Positions 8,311 through 14,803 of a stretch of DNA of 24,000 bases are shown here, piece by piece; the first letter of the stretch is position 1; the number at the start of each line of letters is the position of its first letter. A program made the position numbers and the translations under genes. Location of the stretch: the NCBI GenBank assembly GCA_046539235.1, contig JBKHHI010000018.1:6561-30560 (forward strand), read 5' to 3'. The stretch comes from Coleofasciculus sp. Its GTDB lineage: Bacteria > Cyanobacteriota > Cyanobacteriia > Cyanobacteriales > Coleofasciculaceae. The notes beneath the pieces were generated by a model. It saw nothing but the letters and a program-made list of their open reading frames with translations, had not been told where the DNA came from and searched no databases.

Positions 8311-8458
8311 TATAATACCAAATCCGCCTTTATCACCCCCTTTTTCCACGGCGATTGAAATCGCTGCTACACAAATGTATGCGAAGCCTTCCCGAAGGGT
8401 AGTCCGCCTGCGCGGACTAGGTTATAACGGGGGTAGCTAACCCGGATTTGGTATAATA
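8311..8458. mobile_element. 148-bp MITE-like element with perfect 16-bp terminal inverted repeats TATAATACCAAATCCG / CGGATTTGGTATAATA
   Basis: TIRs read directly. Its interior (CCACGGCGATTGAAATCGCTGCTACACAAA...AGTCCGCCTGCGCGGACT...GTAGCTAACCCGGATTTGG) recurs at 13240-13516. Confidence 0.75.
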
Positions 8459-8740
8459 TCATGTCCCTACTAACACGGCTTGAAAGAACTGCCACCACTG
8501 CTTATATGGAGCATTAGGCGCGACGGGTTGAGTGATTGCGCGTTTGTCTAGTTCTAATGTCTCACAAATTTCTTCAAATTTGGAGATAGAAACTGCTTTA
8601 CTGTTGACGAAATTACTAACTGTGGATAGAGCAATTCCTAGATGTGCGGCTAAGTCTCCCTGAGTCAAGAAGCCTTGACGCTCAAGCGCTGATAATACTG
8701 TTGGCTTATTGTCTGGATGAATCTTGACCGAACGGGACAT
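8459..8740 (-). CDS. Small HTH (XRE-like) domain protein; possibly the N-terminal fragment of a larger gene cut by the adjacent MITE
   Basis: MSRSVKIHPDNKPTVLSALERQGFLTQGDLAAHLGIALSTVSNFVNSKAVSISKFEEICETLELD is the HTH module often found at the N-terminus of large cyanobacterial multidomain proteins. The stop codon directly abuts the MITE TIR at 8458. The start was moved to the internal ATG at 8740 because the upstream extension runs into a repeat. Confidence 0.55.
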   Translation of the reverse strand: MSRSVKIHPDNKPTVLSALERQGFLTQGDLAAHLGIALSTVSNFVNSKAVSISKFEEICETLELDKRAITQPVAPNAPYKQWWQFFQAVLVGT

Positions 8741-8830
8741 CGCTGATTTCTCGAAATCTATCCAGATTCTAGCAATCTTAATCCTGGGAGATCCCCCCAA
8801 ACCCCCCTTAAAAAGGGGGGCTTATTGTTC

Positions 8831-8999
8831 CTGACTTTTCACGGTACGGCATAGAATTTTGAGGTTTTAGGTTGTTCATAGGGTATGGTGCATGATTGTG
8901 TAGGGGCGGGTTTTACCAATAACATTCCGGCTGAAACCATTAACTGCACTAAACCCGCCCCGACTTTCGTCGATTTCAAGACTTCCGGTGAAAAGTCAG
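8831..8999. mobile_element. 169-bp MITE-like element: 12-bp perfect TIRs CTGACTTTTCAC / GTGAAAAGTCAG, flanked by a 10-bp direct duplication CTTATTGTTC (8821-8830 and 9000-9009)
   Basis: TIRs and flanking duplication read directly. The interior carries a nested hairpin GGGGCGGGTTT...AAACCCGCCCC. Confidence 0.75.
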
Positions 9000-9094
9000 C
9001 TTATTGTTCACCCCCGCATAACAAAAAGCGAAGCAACATTTAACCCAACGACTCCACCTATCGATCCCACGCCGTTATTGCAGTATGGCGATAA

Positions 9095-9364
9095 TCCGAC
9101 GGCGATTATTCTGAGTATCGCTATTCTACTCTGGGTCTTGCGTCCGGTGATGTTACGCCAACAATCAAATCCTGGGGAAACGCCGAGATCGACTCAGGAT
9201 ATGTATACGGCTTCGGGTAAACGTGCGATCGCGTCCTTCCCACAGGGGATACCATCGCTGATATTGTTTCCGCCTTAAAGAAACTCAATCCGGCTGCTGC
9301 TGAAATGTTCGTTGAACTGTATTTGGGTCAACTACTTAAGTCTAATAGCTTGAAAGGGGAGTAA
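9095..9364 (+). pseudogene. Possible gene fragment with an in-frame TAA at 9218-9220; family not recognised
   Basis: One frame reads ...GDVTPTIKSWGNAEIDSGYVYGFG*TCDRVLPTGDTIADIVSALKKLNPAAAEMFVELYLGQLLKSN.. with no usable start codon. Confidence 0.25.
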
Positions 9365-9440
9365 AAGAAGGCGAATTATCACATAAAGACGCGCCCTGAT
9401 ACGTCTCTACCTTGCACCTCAGCTACAATTAAGGAGACGT

Positions 9441-9456
9441 TTCAAGAAAAGTTGAT
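9441..9456. promoter_or_regulatory. Inverted repeat TTCAA-GAAAAG-TTGAT overlapping the arsR start codon; candidate ArsR operator
   Basis: Read directly. It lies downstream of a TACAAT -10-like hexamer at 9424-9429. The same (A/T)TCAA-N6-TTGAT motif occurs at 9961-9976 and 16847-16862. Confidence 0.45.
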
Positions 9457-9781
9457 GCAAAGCACCGCCTCCCCGACCAATCTGAGTCTGATTACCTCCA
9501 GCTTCCATGCTTTATCTGACCCGATTCGGATCAAACTACTGGAACTGTTGCGAGAACAGGAACTGTGTGTGTGTGAACTCTGCGAAGTGCTGGAAGTGAG
9601 TCAGTCGAAGTTATCGTTTCACTTGAAAACTCTCAAAGAAGCTAGCTTGGTTCGCGCCCGTCAGGAAGGGCGTTGGGTTTATTACAGCCTGAATTTGCCT
9701 CAATTTGTGCTGTTAGAACAATATTTGGCAGAATACCGCCGCTTTAGCCCCATTTTATCGGGTCGTCCCTGTTCGGATTAA
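9455..9781 (+). CDS. arsR: ArsR/SmtB-family arsenite-responsive repressor
   Basis: Has the ELCVCELC motif (the CVC-x2-C As(III) site of R773-type ArsR) followed by the HTH VSQSKLSFHLKTLKEASLV and RQEGRWVYYSL. The track start at 9452 is TTG; the ATG at 9455 is preferred. Confidence 0.9.
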   Translation: MQSTASPTNLSLITSSFHALSDPIRIKLLELLREQELCVCELCEVLEVSQSKLSFHLKTLKEASLVRARQEGRWVYYSLNLPQFVLLEQYLAEYRRFSPILSGRPCSD

Positions 9782-9953
9782 TACCTGGGGTTCAAGGGCG
9801 TAGGGGTGTTCCAGACGTAGCATGGCGCATCTCTACAATTGTCCGATATCAACTTTTTTTGGAGTATCGCTATAATCAGCCTTATGCCCTCTGTCTCCTG
9901 CCTCTGGAGTCTTGGCTACTGCTCTACATCGCCTCAATCGTGGATATAAGGGC

Positions 9954-9976
9954 TTGACAAATCAAGTTTTTTTGAT
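9954..9976 (+). promoter_or_regulatory. Candidate ars operon promoter: -35 TTGACA (9954-9959) followed by inverted repeat ATCAA-GTTTTT-TTGAT (9961-9976)
   Basis: Read directly, 44-66 nt upstream of the pstS-like ATG. The -10 element is weak (TACGTT at 9976-9981). Confidence 0.5.
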
Positions 9977-10019
9977 ACGTTAAAAGTAATCCCATAGTTC
10001 TAGAAGGGGGTCGAGTTCA

Positions 10020-11048
10020 ATGAAGGTTATCCCCAGACCACAAATCCTGCCATGGACAAAACTGGCGCTAATCGCCACGGCTACGGCACTCTTGGGTGCC
10101 TGTTCCCAAGTTCAGTCGCAGTCGCCCCAACCGATTGAAATCGATGGTTCGAGTACGGTGTATCCGATTACCAAGACTGTTGCTGAGGCATTTACAGCCA
10201 CGACAAAAGCGCCCGTCAATGTCAGCGTGGGCTTTTCGGGTACAGGAGGTGGGTTTAAAAAATTCTGTTCCAGTGAAATCGATATTAATGGTGCCTCTCG
10301 CCCGATTCAAGCCGATGAGATGGCAGCCTGCAAACGATTCGGGGTGGCTTACATTGAACTCCCCGTTGCCTTTGATGCGATTACTGTCGTGGTGAATCCC
10401 GAAAATGATTGGGTAGACAGTCTCACGGTGGCAGAGTTGAAAAAAATCTGGGCACCCGAAGCCCAACGCCAAATCACTCAATGGAATCAAGTCCTGGAGT
10501 CTTTTCCCCAGAAACCTTTAAATTTATATGGTCCGGGGACAGATTCTGGCACCTTTGATTATTTTACCGAAGCCATCGTCGGTGAAGCGGGGTCGAGTCG
10601 TAGCGATTATATCGCCAGTGAGGATGATGAAATCCTGGCACAGGGGGTGAATCGAGACCCAAATGCTTTGGGCTATTTTGGCTTAGCCTATTACGAAACC
10701 AATCAAGATACATTAAAAGCGATCGCGGTTGATAGTGGCAAGGGGGCTGTCTTGCCCTCACGTCAAACCGTTGAGAATGCAACCTATCAACCCTTAACTC
10801 GACCGTTGTTTATCTACGTTAACGGGGCGGCTGCCCAGAGAAACCCAGCGTTACGAGAATTTGTGGCGTTTTACCTGGAGAATGCCCCAGTAATCGTCAG
10901 TTCGGTTGGCTATGTGCCGCTACCAGAGGAGGGGTATCACCTAGCTAACGTGCATTTCTTTCAAAACAAGGTAGGCACTGTCTTTGACGGTCAAGCTGAA
11001 TTTAATCTCACTATCGGTGAGTTGTTACGCAAACAGAAAAAGTTTTAA
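10020..11048 (+). CDS. PstS/SphX-family periplasmic phosphate-binding lipoprotein (orphan; no pstCAB in the window)
   Basis: 342-aa ORF. Lipobox LLGAC at residues 24-28. [25 protein letters not shown] and [14 protein letters not shown] are typical of the PBP-like-2 phosphate binders. Confidence 0.8.
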   Translation: MKVIPRPQILPWTKLALIATATALLGACSQVQSQSPQPIEIDGSSTVYPITKTVAEAFTATTKAPVNVSVGFSGTGGGFKKFCSSEIDINGASRPIQADEMAACKRFGVAYIELPVAFDAITVVVNPENDWVDSLTVAELKKIWAPEAQRQITQWNQVLESFPQKPLNLYGPGTDSGTFDYFTEAIVGEAGSSRSDYIASEDDEILAQGVNRDPNALGYFGLAYYETNQDTLKAIAVDSGKGAVLPSRQTVENATYQPLTRPLFIYVNGAAAQRNPALREFVAFYLENAPVIVSSVGYVPLPEEGYHLANVHFFQNKVGTVFDGQAEFNLTIGELLRKQKKF

Positions 11049-11078
11049 CTATTAGCGGTTGCAGTTTGATTCATTCCT

Positions 11079-12230
11079 ATGAGTACTAATTCATCTAACG
11101 CCACACCATCACCACCCCAAGTTGGGGGTCAACTTAGTTTCTTTGAAAAATATCTCACCGTTTGGGTAGTACTCTGCATCCTTGCAGGTATCGCCCTGGG
11201 TAAATTATTTCCCGGTGTGGCAGTGACACTGGATGCCATGAGTGTTTATCAGGTATCCATTCCTATCGCCATCTGCCTGTTTTTCATGATGTATCCGATT
11301 ATGGTGAAAATTGATTTCACCCAAGCAACTCAGGCAGTGCGGGCGCCGAAACCGGTGATTTTAACCATGGTGGTGAATTGGTTAATTAAACCCTTCACGA
11401 TGGTGGTTTTTGCCCAGTTTTTCCTGGGTTGGTTGTTTCAGCCTTTGCTATCGCAAACGGAGATCATTCGTGGGGCGGAAGTTACCTTGGCAAATTCTTA
11501 CATCGCTGGGGCAATTTTATTAGGCATTGCCCCTTGTACGGCGATGGTTTTGATGTGGGGGTATCTGTCTTACAGTAATCAAGGACATACCTTGGTGATG
11601 GTGGCGGTGAATTCGTTGGTTATGTTGTTTCTGTATGCTCCCTTAGGACGATGGTTATTAGCGGCGAATAATTTAACTGTACCCTGGCAAACCATTGTGT
11701 TATCGGTACTGATTTATGTGGGGTTGCCGTTAGCGGCGGGGATGTATAGTCGGTATTGGATTTTTAAACATAAGGGAAAAGAGTGGTTTGAACGGCGATT
11801 TATTAAGTATCTGAGTCCGATTTCGATTGCGGCGCTTTTAATTACGTTGGTTCTTTTGTTTGCGTTTAAGGGAGAACTGATTATTAATAACCCGCTACAT
11901 ATTTTGCTGATTGCTGTACCGTTGTTTATTCAGACAAATTTTATTTTCTTGATCACTTATGTGGCGGCGTTGAAGTTGAATTTGACCTATGAAGATGCTG
12001 CACCTGCGGCGTTAATTGGGGCGAGTAATCATTTTGAGGTGGCGATTGCCACGGCGGTGATGCTGTTTGGGTTGAATTCGGGGGCGGCGTTGGCGACGGT
12101 TGTCGGGGTGTTAATTGAAGTTCCTGTGATGTTGATGTTGGTGGAGTTTTGTAAGCGCACAGCGATGTGGTTTCCACGGGAACCGGAGAAGGCAACATTG
12201 CGTGATCCGCGTTGTGTTAACCCTTACTAA
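11079..12230 (+). CDS. acr3: ACR3-family arsenite efflux permease
   Basis: 383-aa ORF, polytopic. N-terminal [23 protein letters not shown] and the APCTAMV segment are characteristic of Acr3. Starts 30 nt after the PstS-like stop. Confidence 0.9.
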   Translation: MSTNSSNATPSPPQVGGQLSFFEKYLTVWVVLCILAGIALGKLFPGVAVTLDAMSVYQVSIPIAICLFFMMYPIMVKIDFTQATQAVRAPKPVILTMVVNWLIKPFTMVVFAQFFLGWLFQPLLSQTEIIRGAEVTLANSYIAGAILLGIAPCTAMVLMWGYLSYSNQGHTLVMVAVNSLVMLFLYAPLGRWLLAANNLTVPWQTIVLSVLIYVGLPLAAGMYSRYWIFKHKGKEWFERRFIKYLSPISIAALLITLVLLFAFKGELIINNPLHILLIAVPLFIQTNFIFLITYVAALKLNLTYEDAAPAALIGASNHFEVAIATAVMLFGLNSGAALATVVGVLIEVPVMLMLVEFCKRTAMWFPREPEKATLRDPRCVNPY

Positions 12231-12331
12231 TCATTCTCTTTGTCATTCTTTATCCCCATAACAAATGATCCGAGCTAATAACAGACTTCCCTTTTCCTTA
12301 AACTCACCATCCTTGATCCTGTTATTGACCC

Positions 12332-12739
12332 ATGAAAAGAGTAATTTTTGTCTGTCAAAAAAACTCTTGCCGTTCCCAAATGGCAGAAGGGTTTGCTCGC
12401 TTTTTAGATGAAAATCGGAAATTTTCCTTCGCCAGTGCTGGACTGGAAGCGAGTCAGGTTCATCCACTGGCGATTCAGGTTATGGCTGAGGTGGGTATTG
12501 ATATTAGTCAGCACCAGTCTAAACTGTTGAGTGATTTCAATGCTGAAGACTTTCCGGCTGTGATATCGATGTGTGACTGTGGTAAAGATTTACCGGAGGA
12601 GTGGTTGATAAAGGAAACTTTCTACGAGTGGCGATTAGATGATCCCCATGATGAACCGATAGAGGTATTTCGCCAAGTTCGCGATGAAGTGGAAAGACAG
12701 GTCAAAGCTTTATTGTTATTGCTGAATATTAAGGGATAG
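12332..12739 (+). CDS. arsC: Arsenate reductase ArsC, LMW-PTPase fold, Synechocystis hybrid type (paralogue 1)
   Basis: P-loop C8-X5-R (VCQKNSCRS) and a CxC pair (MCDCG, C81/C83). Confidence 0.88.
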   Translation: MKRVIFVCQKNSCRSQMAEGFARFLDENRKFSFASAGLEASQVHPLAIQVMAEVGIDISQHQSKLLSDFNAEDFPAVISMCDCGKDLPEEWLIKETFYEWRLDDPHDEPIEVFRQVRDEVERQVKALLLLLNIKG

Positions 12740-12833
12740 ACAGGAATAGCGGTGATTTTTTGAACTTAGTTTCGGCTAATGCCTCAAAGATTAGATTGTA
12801 GTAAACCAACGAAAATTAGTAGTCAGGATTACC

Positions 12834-13229
12834 ATGAAACAAGTTATGTTTGTCTGCAAAAAAAACTCCTGTCGTTCCCAAATGGCAGAAGGATTTGCTC
12901 GCACGTTAGGAGAGGGAAAAGTTGCGGTGACGAGTTCGGGGTTGGAGGCGTCTGAAGTGAATCCTACGGCGGTTGAGGTGATGTCGGAAATTGGGATTGA
13001 TATTAGTGACCAAACGTCTAAGCCGTTAAGTGATTTTAATCCTGATGATTATAATGCAGTGATTTCTTTGTGTGGCTGTGGGGTTAATTTGCCTGAACCT
13101 TGGATATTGCGGGAGGTGTTTCAGGATTGGCAATTGGATGATCCGGCGGGTGAACCGATTGAGACGTTTCGGCGAGTACGAGATGAGATTAAAGAGCGAG
13201 TTGTTAAGTTAATTGATGCATTGGGTTAA
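12834..13229 (+). CDS. arsC: Arsenate reductase ArsC, LMW-PTPase fold, Synechocystis hybrid type (paralogue 2)
   Basis: VCKKNSCRS P-loop (C8) and LCGCG (C80/C82), the catalytic cysteine pattern known for Synechocystis ArsC. AGGA sits 7 nt upstream of the ATG. Confidence 0.9.
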   Translation: MKQVMFVCKKNSCRSQMAEGFARTLGEGKVAVTSSGLEASEVNPTAVEVMSEIGIDISDQTSKPLSDFNPDDYNAVISLCGCGVNLPEPWILREVFQDWQLDDPAGEPIETFRRVRDEIKERVVKLIDALG

Positions 13230-13239
13230 TCTCTTGTTG

Positions 13240-13516
13240 CCACGGCGACTAGAAGTCGCTGCTACACAAACAAAGTCCGCCTGCGCGGACTGGATTATTC
13301 CCCCCTGCGAGGGGGGAGGACAGAGGATGCTGCGCTTTTTTTGCACGGAAGGGGAAGAATTCAAAGCCTCTCCAAATAAAAAAATATATTCCGCTTCCCT
13401 CTCCTTGTAGGAGAGGCGTCGGGAGAGGTTCGGAGAGAGGTTTTCCAGAGAGGTTTTCCAGATCCCGTGAAAAGTCAGGATTATCAAGAGAGTAGTTAAC
13501 CCGGATTGGCTATGAA
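13240..13516. mobile_element. Second, 5'-truncated and nested copy of the 8311-8458 MITE family, interrupted by other small repeats
   Basis: CCACGGCGACTAGAAGTCGCTGCTACACAAAC..AGTCCGCCTGCGCGGACTGG at the left and GTAGTTAACCCGGATTGGCTATGAA at the right align with the 8311-8458 element. Nested inside are hairpins CCCCCCTGCGAGGGGGG and CCTCTCCTTGTAGGAGAGG, a 13-bp tandem GAGAGGTTTTCCA x2 (13435-13460), and a right-TIR copy GTGAAAAGTCAGG (13467-13479) of the 8831-8999 family. Confidence 0.65.
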
Positions 13517-13568
13517 CCCTTCCCAACACGGGGAGGGACTTTTTGTGGCAATATTCTCTGACTAGGGG

Positions 13569-13600
13569 TTGACTTTATACCTAGGTATAAGGTTTATGAT
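13569..13600 (+). promoter_or_regulatory. MerR-type promoter: -35 TTGACT (13569-13574), 20-nt spacer containing the perfect 16-bp palindrome TTATACCTAGGTATAA (13575-13590), -10 TATGAT (13595-13600)
   Basis: All elements read directly. An over-long 19-20 nt spacer with a central dyad is the hallmark of MerR-family-activated promoters. Confidence 0.7.
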
Positions 13601-13619
13601 TAAGGCACTGGATTCTGAT

Positions 13620-14336
13620 ATGAGCTGGGGCAATATGCTTCAAGTTGGTGAAGTGGCGCGTAAGTTGGGACTTAATCCCCAAACCCTTTACTTTTACGAA
13701 CGGATTGGATTGATTCCGAGTCCGAAACGTACTGAGGCTGGATATCGCTTGTTTGATGACCAGGATATTGAACGGTTGTCCTTTATTAGTCGGGCGAAGG
13801 CGTTTGGTTTAAGCCTGGACGAAATTAAAGAATTACTGGTATTGCAAGATGGTAATTCTCTGTCTTGTGGTGAAGTTTATCAGATGTTGCTGAAAAAAAT
13901 TCAGCAAATTGAAGACAATATCCAGCAATTGCAACGGCTTCGAGCAGAATTATTACCTTTGCTCAATCGTTGTCAAGAAAATGCTCAACGGTTGGGTGAA
14001 GAACGCCAGTGTGTTGTCTTTAAGGATGTTGATTATAGCGGTGAAGACAAGGCTGGGTTTGATCATGATTCCAATTCTTATGAGGTTTTAAGTGTGGATA
14101 CGCTTACGGTAGAAATTCTGGGAACGGGTTGTAAAAAATGCCATCAATTAGAGGAAAATGCCCGAAGTGCGATCGCGTCTTTGGGTATTGCGGCTGAAGT
14201 CGTGCCAATTACTGACCCTGTGGAGATTGCTAAACGACGGGTTATGTCTACTCCAGCGTTAGCTGTGAATGGCAAAGTGGTGAGTAAAGGAAAGGTAATT
14301 TCCCCAGAACAAATTAAACCGTTGTTGCAGTCTTAA
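13620..14336 (+). CDS. MerR-family transcriptional regulator fused to a C-terminal CxxC thioredoxin-fold domain (Thioredoxin_3 / redox-active disulfide protein 2 type)
   Basis: N-terminal HTH VGEVARKLGLNPQTLYFYERIGLIPSPKRTEAGYRLF, a dimerisation helix, and Cys residues in SCGEV, NRC and RQC. The C-terminal 80 aa are EILGTGCKKCHQLEENARSAIASLGI...VMSTPALAVNGKVVSKGKV. The track start at 13569 (TTG) is the -35 hexamer, so the start was moved to ATG 13620 (alternative 13635). Confidence 0.8.
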   Translation: MSWGNMLQVGEVARKLGLNPQTLYFYERIGLIPSPKRTEAGYRLFDDQDIERLSFISRAKAFGLSLDEIKELLVLQDGNSLSCGEVYQMLLKKIQQIEDNIQQLQRLRAELLPLLNRCQENAQRLGEERQCVVFKDVDYSGEDKAGFDHDSNSYEVLSVDTLTVEILGTGCKKCHQLEENARSAIASLGIAAEVVPITDPVEIAKRRVMSTPALAVNGKVVSKGKVISPEQIKPLLQS

Positions 14337-14339
14337 GTT

Positions 14340-14380
14340 ATTCGTCATTTGTCATTTGTCATTTGTCATTCGTCATTTGC
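14340..14380. repeat. Heptamer tract ATTCGTC ATTTGTC x3 ATTCGTC ATTTGC (reverse complement of the GACGAAT/GACAAAT tract)
   Basis: Read directly, immediately after the MerR-Trx stop codon. Confidence 0.95.
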
Positions 14381-14420
14381 AACAACACCTAATATTTAAC
14401 ACCTAACCAAGGATAATTTT

Positions 14421-14724
14421 ATGGTTGATTTATTTTATCCATTTGATTGGTTAGCTAGCCAAATTGTAACTAAATTTTTGGGTTTATCATTGCATTCATC
14501 TCTGGGGTCAGCGCTTTTTCTACGATGTCCCCAAAGTTCTGACTCTATTAATTGTGATTAGTTTTATAGTGGGAACGGTGCAAACCTTTCTTGACCCGCA
14601 AAAGATTCGCTATTGGATTAGTGGCAAGCGGACGATTTTTGGCAATGGTTTAGCGGCAACGGTTGGTATCGTTACCCCTTTTTGTTCCTGTTCCGCCGTG
14701 CCGTTATTTATTGGCTTTAGTTGA
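14421..14724 (+). pseudogene. arsP: ArsP-type (COG0701/YraQ-like) permease pseudogene: +1 frameshift in a T5 run (14515-14519) and loss of roughly the C-terminal two thirds
   Basis: ATG at 14421 is preceded by AAGGA. Frame 0 gives MVDLFYPFDWLASQIVTKFLGLSLHSSLGSALF and then stops at 14559. Frame +1 continues FYDVPKVLTLLIVISFIVGTVQTFLDPQKIRYWISGKRTIFGNGLAATVGIVTPFCSCSAVPLFIGFS*, which includes the TPFCSCS vicinal-cysteine motif of ArsP-family permeases. Only about 100 codons remain. Confidence 0.75.
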
Positions 14725-14768
14725 AATCTAAGCTGAAATCTTCTTGTTGGGAAAACCTAACCCCCCAA

Positions 14769-14793
14769 CCCCCTTCCCTGCAAGGGAAGGGGG
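14769..14793. repeat. Hairpin CCCCCTTCCCT-gca-AGGGAAGGGGG (common dispersed palindrome) between the arsP remnant and the CRISPR array
   Basis: 11-bp perfect stem read directly. Confidence 0.85.
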
Positions 14794-14803
14794 AGCCGGA
14801 AAT

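Noticed and set aside
8216-8440. 74-aa ORF downstream of arsM.
   Set aside because: It is built entirely from the 28-bp palindrome and the interior of the 148-bp MITE, so it is a repeat-derived reading frame.
8988-9278. 96-aa ORF (GTG start).
   Set aside because: Its start codon is the first triplet of the MITE right TIR (GTGAAAAGTCAG). A neighbouring frame looks more protein-like but is interrupted by a stop, so the region is treated as gene debris and not a CDS.
10068-12467. Track ORFs 10068..10490(-), 10096..10395(+), 10564..10782(-), 11953..12198(-) and 12243..12467(-).
   Set aside because: They overlap the pstS-like, acr3 and arsC genes out of frame or in antisense, with no motifs.
13209-13529. 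Track ORFs 13209..13529(-) and 13213..13410(+) after arsC2.
   Set aside because: They read through nested dispersed repeats and MITE sequence; the typical repeat-derived peptides are not credible genes.
13569-13619. TTG start at 13569 proposed by the ORF track for the MerR-Trx gene.
   Set aside because: These nucleotides form the -35 hexamer, the palindromic operator and the -10 of the gene's own promoter. MerR HTH domains begin within about 5-10 residues of the start, which fits ATG 13620 or 13635.
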